NCBI GenBank assembly: GCA_022823405.1
Contig: JAJDXD010000096.1
Location: 5,943 to 69,942, forward strand
Origin: Gammaproteobacteria bacterium
GTDB lineage: Bacteria > Pseudomonadota > Gammaproteobacteria > Arenicellales > JAJDZL01
Direction of reading: 5' to 3'
Length of the DNA: 64,000 nucleotides
Shown: positions 1 to 9,847 of the stretch, in pieces
Layout: the number at the start of each line of letters is the position of its first letter
Position numbering within the stretch: position 1 is the stretch's first letter
The notes under the pieces: model-generated
What the model was told of the DNA's origin: nothing
What the model saw: the letters and a program-made list of their open reading frames with translations, nothing else
Databases searched by the model: none
Made by a program: the position numbers and the translations under genes

Positions 1-171
1 CGTTTACGTGAAGCTGATCTCGAGGGCTCTTTAGATGGTGAGAATCTGGATAATGGCACGGAGGAGGGGAACGAATCCAGCCTGAATCCGGCAGTGAAGG
101 AGGATTACCAACTTCAGGAGGCTCTTAATCTGCTGAAGGGATTAAGCATCGCACGACGACAGATCGGTTGA
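1..171 (+). CDS. C-terminal end of S41-family carboxyl-terminal processing protease (partial, 5' truncated)
   Basis: Frame 1 reads RLREADLEGSL...DYQLQEALNLLKGLSI..stop at 169-171; READL and DYQLxEALNLLKG are typical CtpA C-terminal motifs. Confidence 0.75.
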   Translation, partial: RLREADLEGSLDGENLDNGTEEGNESSLNPAVKEDYQLQEALNLLKGLSIARRQIG

Positions 172-320
172 GTCGTTACAAAAGCAGACCCGCTGCGAAA
201 ACCTGCATTTGAATGATATGGTTGTGAAAGTCACCTTGACGGGTGTTGTTTCTGGTTGATATCCACATAGCACTTGCCAGCTAACTGCCGGGTACCTCTT
301 TCATTCGATGGGAGTGAGAA

Positions 321-1313
321 ATGTCCAATAAAGCGTTGGTTCTCCATGAGTTGGGTCCGCCAGAGAACATGCTGTGGCAGGACTGGTCCGTTCCTGACCC
401 CGGGCCGACGGAAGTACGGCTTCGTCAAACTGCCATCGGTCTTAATTTTGCGGATACCTATCATCGAGCGGGAATTCCGCACCCGTGGCTCGTACCACCT
501 TGTCCAGTTGTAATCGGATTTGAAGCAGTTGGAGTTGTGGAGGCTGTTGGACGTGAAGTGACCACCCTTGATATTGGTGATCGGGTCGGATACGCAATTC
601 CGCCGCTTGGTAGTTATTCACAGTATCGAAATTACCCCGCAGCGAGCCTAGTGCGAATTCCCGACGACTTGGAAGACCGCCAAGTCGCTGCATTATTGCT
701 CAAGGGTATGACAGCGCACTATCTGTTGCACCGTACTTATGCGGTACAAGCAGGTGACACGATCGTTGTTCACGCTGCATCAGGTGGAATGGGACTGATT
801 CTGTGTTCATGGGCCAACGCGATGGGAGCCATGATTGTCGGTACGGTTAGTACCGAAGAAAAGGCTGAACTGGCTCGCGAGGCCGGTTGCCAGCATCCAA
901 TCGTGCGCTCGAAAGAAAGCTTTGTTGATAAAGTCATGGAAGTTTCTGATGGTGAAGGTGCAGCAGTGGTCTATGAATCGATTGGAAAAGATACCCTGCA
1001 GCAGTCCCTCGATTGTTTGCGGCCGATGGGTATGTGTGCGGCTTATGGCCACGTTTCTGGTCCTCCAGATCCAGTTGATATCATTAAAGACTTGGGTCAA
1101 CGGGGCTCACTATTCATAACCCGTCCAGCGATCATGCATTACATCGCCAAACGCAAAGATCTGTTGGAGACTGCAGACGGTCTTTTCAGCGCTATTCGAA
1201 GTGGATTCGTGAGCGCCCACGTCAATTACGAATATCCTCTGAAAGATGCCCCCCAGGCACATCGTGCAATAGAAAGCGGCACAACAACTGGGGCAACTGT
1301 ATTAATTCCGTAG
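321..1313 (+). CDS. qor: NADPH:quinone oxidoreductase (zeta-crystallin/MDR family)
   Basis: 330 aa; IGLNFADTYHRAG, GFEAVGVV, HAASGGMG nucleotide-binding loop, GSLFITRP, TTGATVLIP. Confidence 0.85.
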   Translation: MSNKALVLHELGPPENMLWQDWSVPDPGPTEVRLRQTAIGLNFADTYHRAGIPHPWLVPPCPVVIGFEAVGVVEAVGREVTTLDIGDRVGYAIPPLGSYSQYRNYPAASLVRIPDDLEDRQVAALLLKGMTAHYLLHRTYAVQAGDTIVVHAASGGMGLILCSWANAMGAMIVGTVSTEEKAELAREAGCQHPIVRSKESFVDKVMEVSDGEGAAVVYESIGKDTLQQSLDCLRPMGMCAAYGHVSGPPDPVDIIKDLGQRGSLFITRPAIMHYIAKRKDLLETADGLFSAIRSGFVSAHVNYEYPLKDAPQAHRAIESGTTTGATVLIP

Positions 1314-1350
1314 AATAAACAGCGGTCAGTAACGCGTGGCAAGTCAGTGA

Positions 1351-2766
1351 TTAGACGGCAGGTATTGTTTCAGCGCTGATTTGAGACATTTGAAGTGCAG
1401 TCGGTTCTGCACAGCAGTACCAGGGCTCGGACATTTGCGGTGCGTGCGGTTGTACACCCTGAGTCAGTGCTGGAGGTTGCGAACCGTTCATGCTGTGCGC
1501 TAATTTCCAGACGCCAGCAAAAATTTTCTGCCGATCAAGACCGTCTTGTTCAGCATCCATTACCCAATTCTGAATGCGCTCCTGAAGATCGTCAACCAGT
1601 GGATCTGGGTGAATCCACTTATACCCCAGCATTTGAGAGTCGAACTCACCTAGCCAGTCGGCGTGACGATGTTCAGACTCCAAAAGACGCGTTCCGTGCG
1701 GCAGCAGCAAGCGAATGCTCAGTTGAACAGGGGCAACGCAATTGACTAGCCTCAGTCGTACGATTGCTTTCAAGAGTCGCAAATAGCCTTCAATAGTGGT
1801 CCATGGTGTAAATGGGACAAAAGTGGGTAACATTGAAATTCCTAGTGATCTCAATAACTCCAGAGCCTGGTAAAAGTCTGCCTCTTCGTGGCCCTTTTCC
1901 AACTCTTCCAATACTTGATTTTCAATGGATTCGACAGCACTGGTGATAAAAAGGCAATGATTGGTCGCAAAATACTCAATGTGTTTTGCATGTGCCAGAA
2001 GGTGCTCAACCTTGATGGTTGCATCCCAGCTTGTGCCTGGAAATTCACTCTGAAATCGCTCAATTATGCGACGTGCATGTCCCGGTCCATTCAAGAAATC
2101 AGGATCACCAAAGGAGATGTGTTGTGCACCTGCCGCCATCTGTTGGCGGATGTCTTGCATCACCACGTCGATTGAAACGACTCGAAATACGCCGGCATAG
2201 ACTGGTACGATAGGGCAGTGTCGGCATAAGTGTTTGCATCCGCGGGTCGTTTCTACAAAGCCGACGGTTTTTTCACGACCGTCGGCTAACCTTAACGACG
2301 CGTACTGATCAAGCGCGGGCAAACTCGAACGGTCAGGCGTGATGAATTCCTGTTTATCCAGTGAATTTCGGGTCAGTCTAAACTCATCGGTAGGGTGTTT
2401 TTCGCGAAGTGCCTGACTGAGAGAACGCAGGTCAGATTCTGCTTCGCCACCGAAGACGTATTCACAGCCAAGCGAGCGAAAATAGGCATCATTGACCGGT
2501 GCATACAATCCATAAACACAGATGGACGCATTTGGGGCTTCCTTACTGATTTGTGGAATTATTTCGGCTGCTAGGCGTGCACCTGCATGCATGATGAGAT
2601 GTATCGCAATCAGACGCGCGTCAGCGAATCTTGACGGTTCGAAAGGCTGGTTGGCGAGATCAATACACTCTACATCAAAATCTTCCTGTTTCAGCCAGGC
2701 TGCCGGTTCAGCCAGTGCAAACGGCTGACGCCCGATTTCGTAAGGGCTGATCAGAACGACTTTCAC
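1351..2766 (-). CDS. B12-binding-domain radical SAM protein of the CUAEP/CCAEP-tail type
   Basis: 471 aa; N-terminal LISPYEIGRQP; ETTRGCKHLCRHCP (CxxxCxxC); FGDPDFLNGP; C-terminal SEPWYCCAEP tail (codons TGC TGT, no UGA). Confidence 0.85.
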   Translation of the reverse strand: MKVVLISPYEIGRQPFALAEPAAWLKQEDFDVECIDLANQPFEPSRFADARLIAIHLIMHAGARLAAEIIPQISKEAPNASICVYGLYAPVNDAYFRSLGCEYVFGGEAESDLRSLSQALREKHPTDEFRLTRNSLDKQEFITPDRSSLPALDQYASLRLADGREKTVGFVETTRGCKHLCRHCPIVPVYAGVFRVVSIDVVMQDIRQQMAAGAQHISFGDPDFLNGPGHARRIIERFQSEFPGTSWDATIKVEHLLAHAKHIEYFATNHCLFITSAVESIENQVLEELEKGHEEADFYQALELLRSLGISMLPTFVPFTPWTTIEGYLRLLKAIVRLRLVNCVAPVQLSIRLLLPHGTRLLESEHRHADWLGEFDSQMLGYKWIHPDPLVDDLQERIQNWVMDAEQDGLDRQKIFAGVWKLAHSMNGSQPPALTQGVQPHAPQMSEPWYCCAEPTALQMSQISAETIPAV

Positions 2767-2787
2767 GGGTCCGCAGGTACAGAATTT

Positions 2788-3225
2788 TTATAACAGCCCC
2801 AGGCTCAGTAATGCGTCCTCGCTCATTCGATCTTTTGTCCAGGGCGGGTCCCATACCAGTTCGACATGAACATCTTCGACACCATCGACACACTTGATAG
2901 CACACTCGACAGTGCCCGGAAACGTCTGTGCAACAGGACAACCGGGAGTCGTCAGAGTCATCTCAATATTGACTGACCGGTTGTCAGAAATGTTTATCGA
3001 ATAAATCAGGCCAAGGTCATAAATATTGATTGGAATTTCCGGATCGTAGACATTGCGCAGTGCATCAACAATTTGCTGTTCCAATACCATGTCGGTAATG
3101 GATGTTTGCTGATCCAGTTCCGGTAGATTCTGAACCTCAGAATCAGAGTGATCTGACTTCAGGAAGTCGGCGAAAAAATCATCAGCGGTGACGTCTGATT
3201 CGCTAGGGGGTTTGTTGCCACTCAT
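2788..3225 (-). CDS. sufT: SUF-associated Fe-S assembly protein (DUF59/SufT)
   Basis: VYDPEIPINIYDLGLIY, MTLTTPGCPVA, VWDPPW; ATG at 3225 lies just after the sufU stop. Confidence 0.85.
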   Translation of the reverse strand: MSGNKPPSESDVTADDFFADFLKSDHSDSEVQNLPELDQQTSITDMVLEQQIVDALRNVYDPEIPINIYDLGLIYSINISDNRSVNIEMTLTTPGCPVAQTFPGTVECAIKCVDGVEDVHVELVWDPPWTKDRMSEDALLSLGLL

Positions 3226-3232
3226 TGTCTCA

Positions 3233-3685
3233 TTACTCCGTTGTGACTTGTTCTTCACTGCGGTTAATCGCTGCAATCGCAGTATGCCAGGGGAGTGTGG
3301 CACACTTGACTCGAGTTGGAAATTCCCGTACTCCGCTCAGCACTTCAAGTTTGCCAATGTCGGCAGATCGAAACTCGTCCAGCCCCGTCACTCTCGCCCG
3401 AAAGTCTTCAAACAAACTCTCAGCCTCTGATTTTGTGAGACCCTTTAGCATTTCGGTCATGATGGACGCTGACGCGATTGAGATTGCACAGCCTTGTCCA
3501 ACAAATTTCACATCCTGTATCACATCATTTCCATCGAGCCAGCATTGAAGTGTCAGTTCATCACCGCAGAGCGGATTGACGCCTTCTGCCGAACAGTTGG
3601 CTGACTCCAGCGCACCGAAGTTTCGCGGATTTCGGCTGTGGTCAATGATGACCTCTTGATAGAGCGCCTTTAGATCGTCCATCAT
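3233..3685 (-). CDS. sufU: SUF system NifU-like protein
   Basis: LYQEVIIDH, NPLCGDE, GCAISIASAS, RVKCATLPW; overlaps the sufS stop (TAATG). Confidence 0.92.
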   Translation of the reverse strand: MMDDLKALYQEVIIDHSRNPRNFGALESANCSAEGVNPLCGDELTLQCWLDGNDVIQDVKFVGQGCAISIASASIMTEMLKGLTKSEAESLFEDFRARVTGLDEFRSADIGKLEVLSGVREFPTRVKCATLPWHTAIAAINRSEEQVTTE

Positions 3686-4950
3686 TAGCCAAAGAGCTCC
3701 CTTGCGAAGTTGATTGCCTCAAACATGCGGTCGATTTCGTCATGCGTGTTGTAGACCGCAAACGAAGCACGTGCAGTCGCAGCAACATTAAAGTGTTTCA
3801 TGACCGGCATGGCACAGTGGTGACCGACCCTGATCGCCACACCTTGTCGGTCGAGAACGGTTCCCAGATCGTGGGCATGAACTTTGTCTAGAGTGAAGGC
3901 GAACACACCGGCCTTGTGTTTTGCGTTACCGTAAATTCTTATGTCTTCGTACCGCTCTGCACACTCGTGCACGTAGTCAAGTAGTTCTTTTTCATGTGTA
4001 GCAATTTCGTCAATACCAATATCCCACATGAACTGACAAGCGGCACCGAATCCAACCGCGTCTGCGATGTTTGGTGTACCCGCTTCAAAACGGTGAGGGA
4101 TATCTGCATAAGTCGAGCCTTCGAACGATACGCGTCGAATCATTTCACCGCCACCTTGGTATGGCGGCATTGCCTCAAGAAGTTCCCCTTTGCCATACAA
4201 AATGCCGATACCGGTTGGTGCGTACATTTTGTGTCCGGAAAGTGCGAGAAAATCACAGTCAAGATCAATAACATCAATGCTAATGTGAGGTGCAGCCTGA
4301 GCAGCGTCAACAACAACCACTGCACCGGCATCGTGCGCCATGCGCACCATTTCCTTGATTGGGTTAACCGTACCTAAAGAGTTCGCCACGTAGGTAATGG
4401 CCACGATCTGAGTTTTGTCGTTCAGCAGATTTAGGTAGTCTTCCTGAATGATTTCGCCGTTGTCATTCATCGGAATCATGCGAACGATACTGCCAGTACG
4501 TTCTGCAATGAGTTGCCAGGGTACGATATTGGAATGATGTTCCATCTCACTGACCAGAATTTCATCGCCTGGCTGCAGCTTCCAGCGGCCATAGGATTCG
4601 GCAACCAGATTCAGACCCTCAGTCGTCCCTCGAACAAAAATGATTTCTTCCGTACGATTCGCATTGACAAATTTACAGGCGGTTTTACGAGCTGACTCGT
4701 AGGCTTCAGTCGCACGATCACTTAGTTCATGCACGCCGCGATGAACGTTGGCGTGCTGTGTAGCATAGTATCGTTCCAAAGTTTCAGTAACAGCAATCGG
4801 TTTTTGGGAGCTTGCTCCATTATCCAGGTAGGCTAGTGTGTTGCCGTGCACAATCTCCCCCAGAATGGGAAATTGAGCGCGAATTTCTTGAATATCCAGC
4901 AAGTTTCCGGACTGGATCTCTGTTGGAGTCTTGAGTGCAGCTTCACTCAT
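3685..4950 (-). CDS. sufS: SufS cysteine desulfurase
   Basis: YLDNGASSQKP, EHHSN, SGHKMYAPTG (PLP Lys), RVGHHCA (catalytic Cys, group II). Confidence 0.95.
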   Translation of the reverse strand: MSEAALKTPTEIQSGNLLDIQEIRAQFPILGEIVHGNTLAYLDNGASSQKPIAVTETLERYYATQHANVHRGVHELSDRATEAYESARKTACKFVNANRTEEIIFVRGTTEGLNLVAESYGRWKLQPGDEILVSEMEHHSNIVPWQLIAERTGSIVRMIPMNDNGEIIQEDYLNLLNDKTQIVAITYVANSLGTVNPIKEMVRMAHDAGAVVVVDAAQAAPHISIDVIDLDCDFLALSGHKMYAPTGIGILYGKGELLEAMPPYQGGGEMIRRVSFEGSTYADIPHRFEAGTPNIADAVGFGAACQFMWDIGIDEIATHEKELLDYVHECAERYEDIRIYGNAKHKAGVFAFTLDKVHAHDLGTVLDRQGVAIRVGHHCAMPVMKHFNVAATARASFAVYNTHDEIDRMFEAINFARELFG

Positions 4951-6290
4951 GCCGCCTCCTTAAGATTGTGGTCGCCGACAAGTTTGTCTCGTACGAGTTC
5001 GAGAAGGAATTCCCGAACGGGTGCCAGCTCAATTTGATCCAGAATTTCCGCAGCGAATGCTTCTGTAAGAATCGTTCGAGCTTCCGCTTCGCTCAGACCG
5101 CGGCTTCGAAGGTAAAAAATCGCATCGGCTTCCAGGTAGCCGACTGTCGCACCGTGAGAGCACTTGACATCATCTGCATATATTTCGAGCTGCGGCTTGG
5201 TATCCGCTTCTGCGTCAGTTGACAGCAGCAAATTTCGATTTTGCTGATGAGCGTCTGTATGCTGTGCATCCGGATCAACCCGGATTCTGCCGTGAAACAC
5301 AGCCCGAGAGCGATCATTCAGAATACCTTTGTAAAATTCATCGCTGCTGGCATCCGGTGAAGCATGCACGACAGTGGTGTAGTTATCAATGTGCTGTTTG
5401 CCGCGGCCAATATAGAGTCCTTTCATTTCGCAGTGCGCGTCGGCTCCTTCCAGGCTTTGCCTGACTTCGTGACGGTCAAGCAGCGAACCTAGCGATATGG
5501 AGAAAATCCGGTAACAGCTGTCAGAGTTTTGTCTGGCGTTGGCATAGCCGATGTGCATTGAGGCATCACTTTCATCTTGAATTCGGTAATGGCTAAGTTC
5601 AGCGGACTCAGCAAGATCAATACGAATTGAGACGTTCGTCATGTGTCGGGTATCAGCCATTGAGACGTAGCGTTCGATCAGGTTTAGTTTGGCGCCTTTT
5701 TCCAGTGTGATGCAGTGATTGATATTGGCGAGACGCGAATTGGCATCATTCTGAGTAATATGCAAAATTTCGAGAGGCTTATCGAGCTCCAGTCCGGCTT
5801 CCAATCGCAGTACCACACCATCTGCCGCAAAAGCAGAGTTCAACGCTTCGAATCCGTGCCCGGCACGGGCCGTTCGATCTTCAAGAATCTGAATTGTCTC
5901 TGAATCAGCGCTCCCTTCAAGCACATTTTTAAGGCGGTTAAACACTAAGCCTTCTGGCAACTCATCGAGGGTGCTATGCGCCTCGCTAACCCAGCCATCC
6001 AGAACAACGATGCGATATCGGTTCAATGATGGAATTTCCAATGCTGCAAAATCCAGCTTCGTCAGTGCAGCATTGGATTCAGCAGTAGGTCTGAATGCAA
6101 CTTTGTCAAACGCGCGAATGTTGGTATAGCGCCAAGCCTCGTCGGTTATTTTCGGCAAACCGATTTCAGTCAGTCGGGCAATAGCGCGTTGACGCATAGC
6201 GGCAACAGTCGCGTCCTGGGCTCCTGGCAAACCACCCGAAAGTTCCTCATGAAGTCCGATCAGGTGACCGGTGAGTGGGCTTTGTCTCAT
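4947..6290 (-). CDS. sufD: Fe-S cluster assembly protein SufD
   Basis: EAWRYT, KPQLEIYADDVKCSHGATVG, FYLRSRG; ATG at 6290 overlaps the sufC stop. Confidence 0.92.
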   Translation of the reverse strand: MRQSPLTGHLIGLHEELSGGLPGAQDATVAAMRQRAIARLTEIGLPKITDEAWRYTNIRAFDKVAFRPTAESNAALTKLDFAALEIPSLNRYRIVVLDGWVSEAHSTLDELPEGLVFNRLKNVLEGSADSETIQILEDRTARAGHGFEALNSAFAADGVVLRLEAGLELDKPLEILHITQNDANSRLANINHCITLEKGAKLNLIERYVSMADTRHMTNVSIRIDLAESAELSHYRIQDESDASMHIGYANARQNSDSCYRIFSISLGSLLDRHEVRQSLEGADAHCEMKGLYIGRGKQHIDNYTTVVHASPDASSDEFYKGILNDRSRAVFHGRIRVDPDAQHTDAHQQNRNLLLSTDAEADTKPQLEIYADDVKCSHGATVGYLEADAIFYLRSRGLSEAEARTILTEAFAAEILDQIELAPVREFLLELVRDKLVGDHNLKEAA

Positions 6291-7063
6291 GCAACGGCCT
6301 CGGTCGGATTGTTGATCCTCTCGGTCACCCACGTGTAGCCATACTTTTCTAGATCATGTGCAGTGTTCTTGTCGCCGGAGTGCACAATCTTCCCGTTCAG
6401 CATGACATGGACGCGGTCGGGGACTATGTATTCTAGAATTCTGGGGAAGTGAGTAACGATGATGATTGCGCGGCCGTCATCAGCCAGAGAGTTGACGCCG
6501 CGAGATACAACTTTAAGCGCATCAATATCGAGTCCTGAATCTGTTTCGTCGAGCAGCGCGAGCTGCGGTTCAAGCATCAGCATCTGAAGAATTTCGTTTC
6601 GCTTTTTCTCACCGCCAGAAAATCCGTCATTTACCGACCGGTATAGAAATGACTCGTTGATTTCGAGAAGCTTCATCTTTGCTCGAATCAGTTTCAGAAA
6701 ATCAATTGCATCCACTTCTGCTTCGCCGCGGTGTTTGCGCATTGCGTTGACTGCCGCCTTGATGAGATATATGTTGTTCACACCAGGAATTTCAGTCGGA
6801 TGCTGAAAGGCGAGAAAGATACCCTCCCGAGCACGTTCTTCAGGATCGAGTTCCAGCAGATCGTAGCCCTGATACTCAACGGTACCGGAAATGTCTTCCT
6901 CCATCTTGCCGGTGATCACATTGGCCAAGGTGCTTTTACCGGATCCGTTGGGTCCCATAATGGCATGAATCTCGCCGGCATTGACGGATAGATCAATACC
7001 ATTCAGAATTTTCTTGTCTCCGATTTCAACTTTCAGGTTTCGAATTGACAGCATTCTTGTCAA
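6287..7063 (-). CDS. sufC: Fe-S cluster assembly ATPase SufC
   Basis: GPNGSGKST, FSGGEKKRNE, LDETDSGLDIDAL. Confidence 0.96.
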   Translation of the reverse strand: MTRMLSIRNLKVEIGDKKILNGIDLSVNAGEIHAIMGPNGSGKSTLANVITGKMEEDISGTVEYQGYDLLELDPEERAREGIFLAFQHPTEIPGVNNIYLIKAAVNAMRKHRGEAEVDAIDFLKLIRAKMKLLEINESFLYRSVNDGFSGGEKKRNEILQMLMLEPQLALLDETDSGLDIDALKVVSRGVNSLADDGRAIIIVTHFPRILEYIVPDRVHVMLNGKIVHSGDKNTAHDLEKYGYTWVTERINNPTEAVA

Positions 7064-7108
7064 GCCTCTTTTATGGTGGTTGTGTTTTTGAGAAATGCAG
7101 GCGGCTGG

Positions 7109-8560
7109 TTAGCCAACTGCGCCTTCCAAACTGATGCCCAGCAGTTTCTGTGCTTCGACTGCGAACTCCATCGGTAATTCCTTGAAGACTTCCTTGCAAA
7201 AGCCATTTACGATCATGGACACCGAGTCTTCTTCTGAAAGCCCGCGCTGCTTGCAATAAAACAGTTGGTCTTCACTGATTCGCGAAGTTGTTGCTTCATG
7301 TTCGACTTTGGCGCTTGGATTCTTGACTTCAATATATGGAAACGTGTGTGCCCCACATTTGTCTCCCATCAACAGTGAGTCGCACTGCGAATAATTGCGG
7401 GCATTAGCTGCACCTTTCAAGATACGCACGAGCCCGCGGTACGAGTTTTGGCCTTTGCCGGCCGAGACTCCCTTGGAGATAATTGTGCTTGATGTGTCTT
7501 TCCCGATATGGACCATCTTGGTACCAGTATCGGCCTGCTGGTAATTATTGGTGAGTGCCACTGAATAGAATTCACCGATTGAACGGTCACCCTCAAGCAT
7601 CACACTCGGGTATTTCCATGTAATTGCCGAGCCTGTTTCAACTTGGGTCCAGGAAATTTTTGCATTATCACCACGACAGGCACCGCGTTTGGTGACAAAG
7701 TTGTAGATACCACCGCGTCCTTCTTCGTCACCTGGGTACCAGTTCTGCACTGTCGAATACTTGATTTCTGCATCTTTCATGGCGACCAGTTCAACAACTG
7801 CTGCATGCAGTTGATTTTCGTCGCGCATCGGTGCGGTGCAACCTTCGAGGTAACTGACATAACTGCCTTCCTCGGCGACGATCAGTGTTCTTTCAAACTG
7901 ACCGGTGTTCATTGCATTGATTCGAAAGTAGGTCGAAAGTTCCATTGGGCAGCGCACGCCTTTCGGAATATAGACAAATGATCCGTCGCTAAAGACCGCC
8001 GAATTTAATGCCGCAAAAAAATTGTCTCCCGACGGTACGACTGAACCCAGATATTTCTTGACAAGTTCCGGGTATTCCTGAACAGCTTCAGAGAATGAGC
8101 AGAAAATCACTCCTGCATCCGCTAGTGTTTTCTTGAAAGTGGTTGCTACTGAAACACTGTCGAACACAGCATCAACTGCAACACCTGCCAGCATTTTTTG
8201 TTCCGATAGCGGAATTCCGAGCTTTTCGTAGGTCTCAAGCAGTTTCGGGTCCACCTCATCCAGGCTTTTCGGACGGTCGGCATCGGACTTGGGAGCAGAA
8301 TAATAACTGATCGACTGATAGTCGATCGGGGTGTAATTCACGTGCGCCCAGACGGGTTCCTGCATTTTTTTCCAGCGGGCAAACGCCTTCAGCCGCCAGT
8401 CCGTCATGAACCGGGGTTCATTTTTCTTTTTTGATAGTGCGATGACAACGTCTTCATCCAGGCCGGGCGGAAAGGTATCAGATTCAATATCTGTTGTAAA
8501 TCCTTCCTTGTACTCACGGCCGACAAATTCACTAATGTCCTGAGCGGTAGAGGTGTTCAC
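7109..8560 (-). CDS. sufB: Fe-S cluster assembly protein SufB
   Basis: [34 protein letters not shown]; continuous, no intein-sized insertion. Confidence 0.97.
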   Translation of the reverse strand: MNTSTAQDISEFVGREYKEGFTTDIESDTFPPGLDEDVVIALSKKKNEPRFMTDWRLKAFARWKKMQEPVWAHVNYTPIDYQSISYYSAPKSDADRPKSLDEVDPKLLETYEKLGIPLSEQKMLAGVAVDAVFDSVSVATTFKKTLADAGVIFCSFSEAVQEYPELVKKYLGSVVPSGDNFFAALNSAVFSDGSFVYIPKGVRCPMELSTYFRINAMNTGQFERTLIVAEEGSYVSYLEGCTAPMRDENQLHAAVVELVAMKDAEIKYSTVQNWYPGDEEGRGGIYNFVTKRGACRGDNAKISWTQVETGSAITWKYPSVMLEGDRSIGEFYSVALTNNYQQADTGTKMVHIGKDTSSTIISKGVSAGKGQNSYRGLVRILKGAANARNYSQCDSLLMGDKCGAHTFPYIEVKNPSAKVEHEATTSRISEDQLFYCKQRGLSEEDSVSMIVNGFCKEVFKELPMEFAVEAQKLLGISLEGAVG

Positions 8561-8593
8561 AGTGTAGTCCTTGTGAAAAAGTTAATAAATGAA

Positions 8594-9073
8594 TTAGGTA
8601 AATGACACGTGTTGTGTCTGTTGTGTTTCCGTGCAGCGCATTGATTGACGTGCGGCAACTTTTCGCACCCTTTCGGACTGTACGATGTCTCCCAGTTTAA
8701 GTTGATCCAGAAAAGATGAAATCTGGTTGCTGAGATCGGTCCACAGTCCGTGGGTGAGACACACTTCCCCATCTTGGCAGTCTTTCTTGCCATGGCAACG
8801 GGTGATGTCAATCGGTTCGTCAACTGCATCAATGATCTCGAAAATCGAAATGGTTTCGGCAGATCGTGAGAGACGGTATCCGCCATTTGGCCCGCGGATC
8901 CCATTGACTAACCCACCAGCTTTAAGCTTGGAGAATATCTGCTCAAGATATGCAACGGAAATTTCCTGGTGATTTGCAATCGACTTGAGCGAGACATACT
9001 CATGTTCCGACTGGTGCAGCGCCAGATCCATCATCGCGGTCACGGCATAACGGCCTTTCGTTGTCAATTTCAT
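8594..9073 (-). CDS. iscR: Rrf2-family Fe-S sensing regulator, IscR type
   Basis: MKLTTKGRYAVTAMMDLA, YLEQIF, RGPNGGY; three Cys plus His (CHGKKDCQDGEVCLTH) as cluster ligands; first gene of the suf operon. Confidence 0.85.
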   Translation of the reverse strand: MKLTTKGRYAVTAMMDLALHQSEHEYVSLKSIANHQEISVAYLEQIFSKLKAGGLVNGIRGPNGGYRLSRSAETISIFEIIDAVDEPIDITRCHGKKDCQDGEVCLTHGLWTDLSNQISSFLDQLKLGDIVQSERVRKVAARQSMRCTETQQTQHVSFT

Positions 9074-9096
9074 CGCTGGTCATTCAAAATGATGTT

Positions 9097-9121
9097 ATTT
9101 CCGACTATTTTACTTGGTTAT
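9097..9121. promoter_or_regulatory. Putative IscR type-1 operator
   Basis: ATTTCCGACTATTTTACTTGGTTAT, 25 bp, resembles the type-1 consensus ATASYYGACTRWWWYAGTCRRSTAT; 24 bp upstream of the iscR start. Confidence 0.65.
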
Positions 9122-9847
9122 TATTCAAGTAAAAAAGATTTTTCGTGTTTACAGGTGATCAAGCCACTTTGTAGCAACCACGCCATAAGAACTAATGAAG
9201 CAAAGTTGAATGTAAATTTGGGGACTTATAAACAAAGGTTGACAAAATAACAAATACTGCATAATATCAATATGTTATAATTATCTTAATAAATTATCGG
9301 AACATCCGTATCGCCTCTATCCCAAGACATCCAACAAAGCCAAACAGCTGAATAACCGTCCGAGTAACCACTGGATGTTCCTTGATATTCCGACCGAAGA
9401 AATAACATTGCCCGATTGTAAAGATTCTTGTAGGTTCTGTTTGTACGGTCGATTCTTACTGGCTGTTGGAGGGGATTGATGACATTGCTGACAGAATCGA
9501 TTCGAATTCTGAGCTCCTGCAACAATCGAAAATTTGTTGCAGAGCGACTTATGCTCATGAGTTTACGACAGCGGCCTTCAGAACGCGATTTAGCGGAGTA
9601 TCAGAAGACAACTCGTCATATCGGCAGGCAACCAAGTCTGGTCTGACAGACAAACGTGTATATTGCTACACAATATCCAGCTTTCCGCGAAGCTGCGGTA
9701 AGTCATCTTCTTAGGCAATATATCGTCTCGGAAGCCCTTGACGCACTTCCGATAGAAGTTGACTAGCGAACAAGTGGATCGAATATTCGAGTAATTTTGA
9801 CTGCCAATCTATCACGTCAATTCTTTCTGTGCATGATCTCCCGCAAC

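Noticed and set aside
1400-1425. Selenocysteine recoding in the radical SAM tail
   Set aside because: The codons are TGC TGT (Cys-Cys); there is no in-frame UGA.
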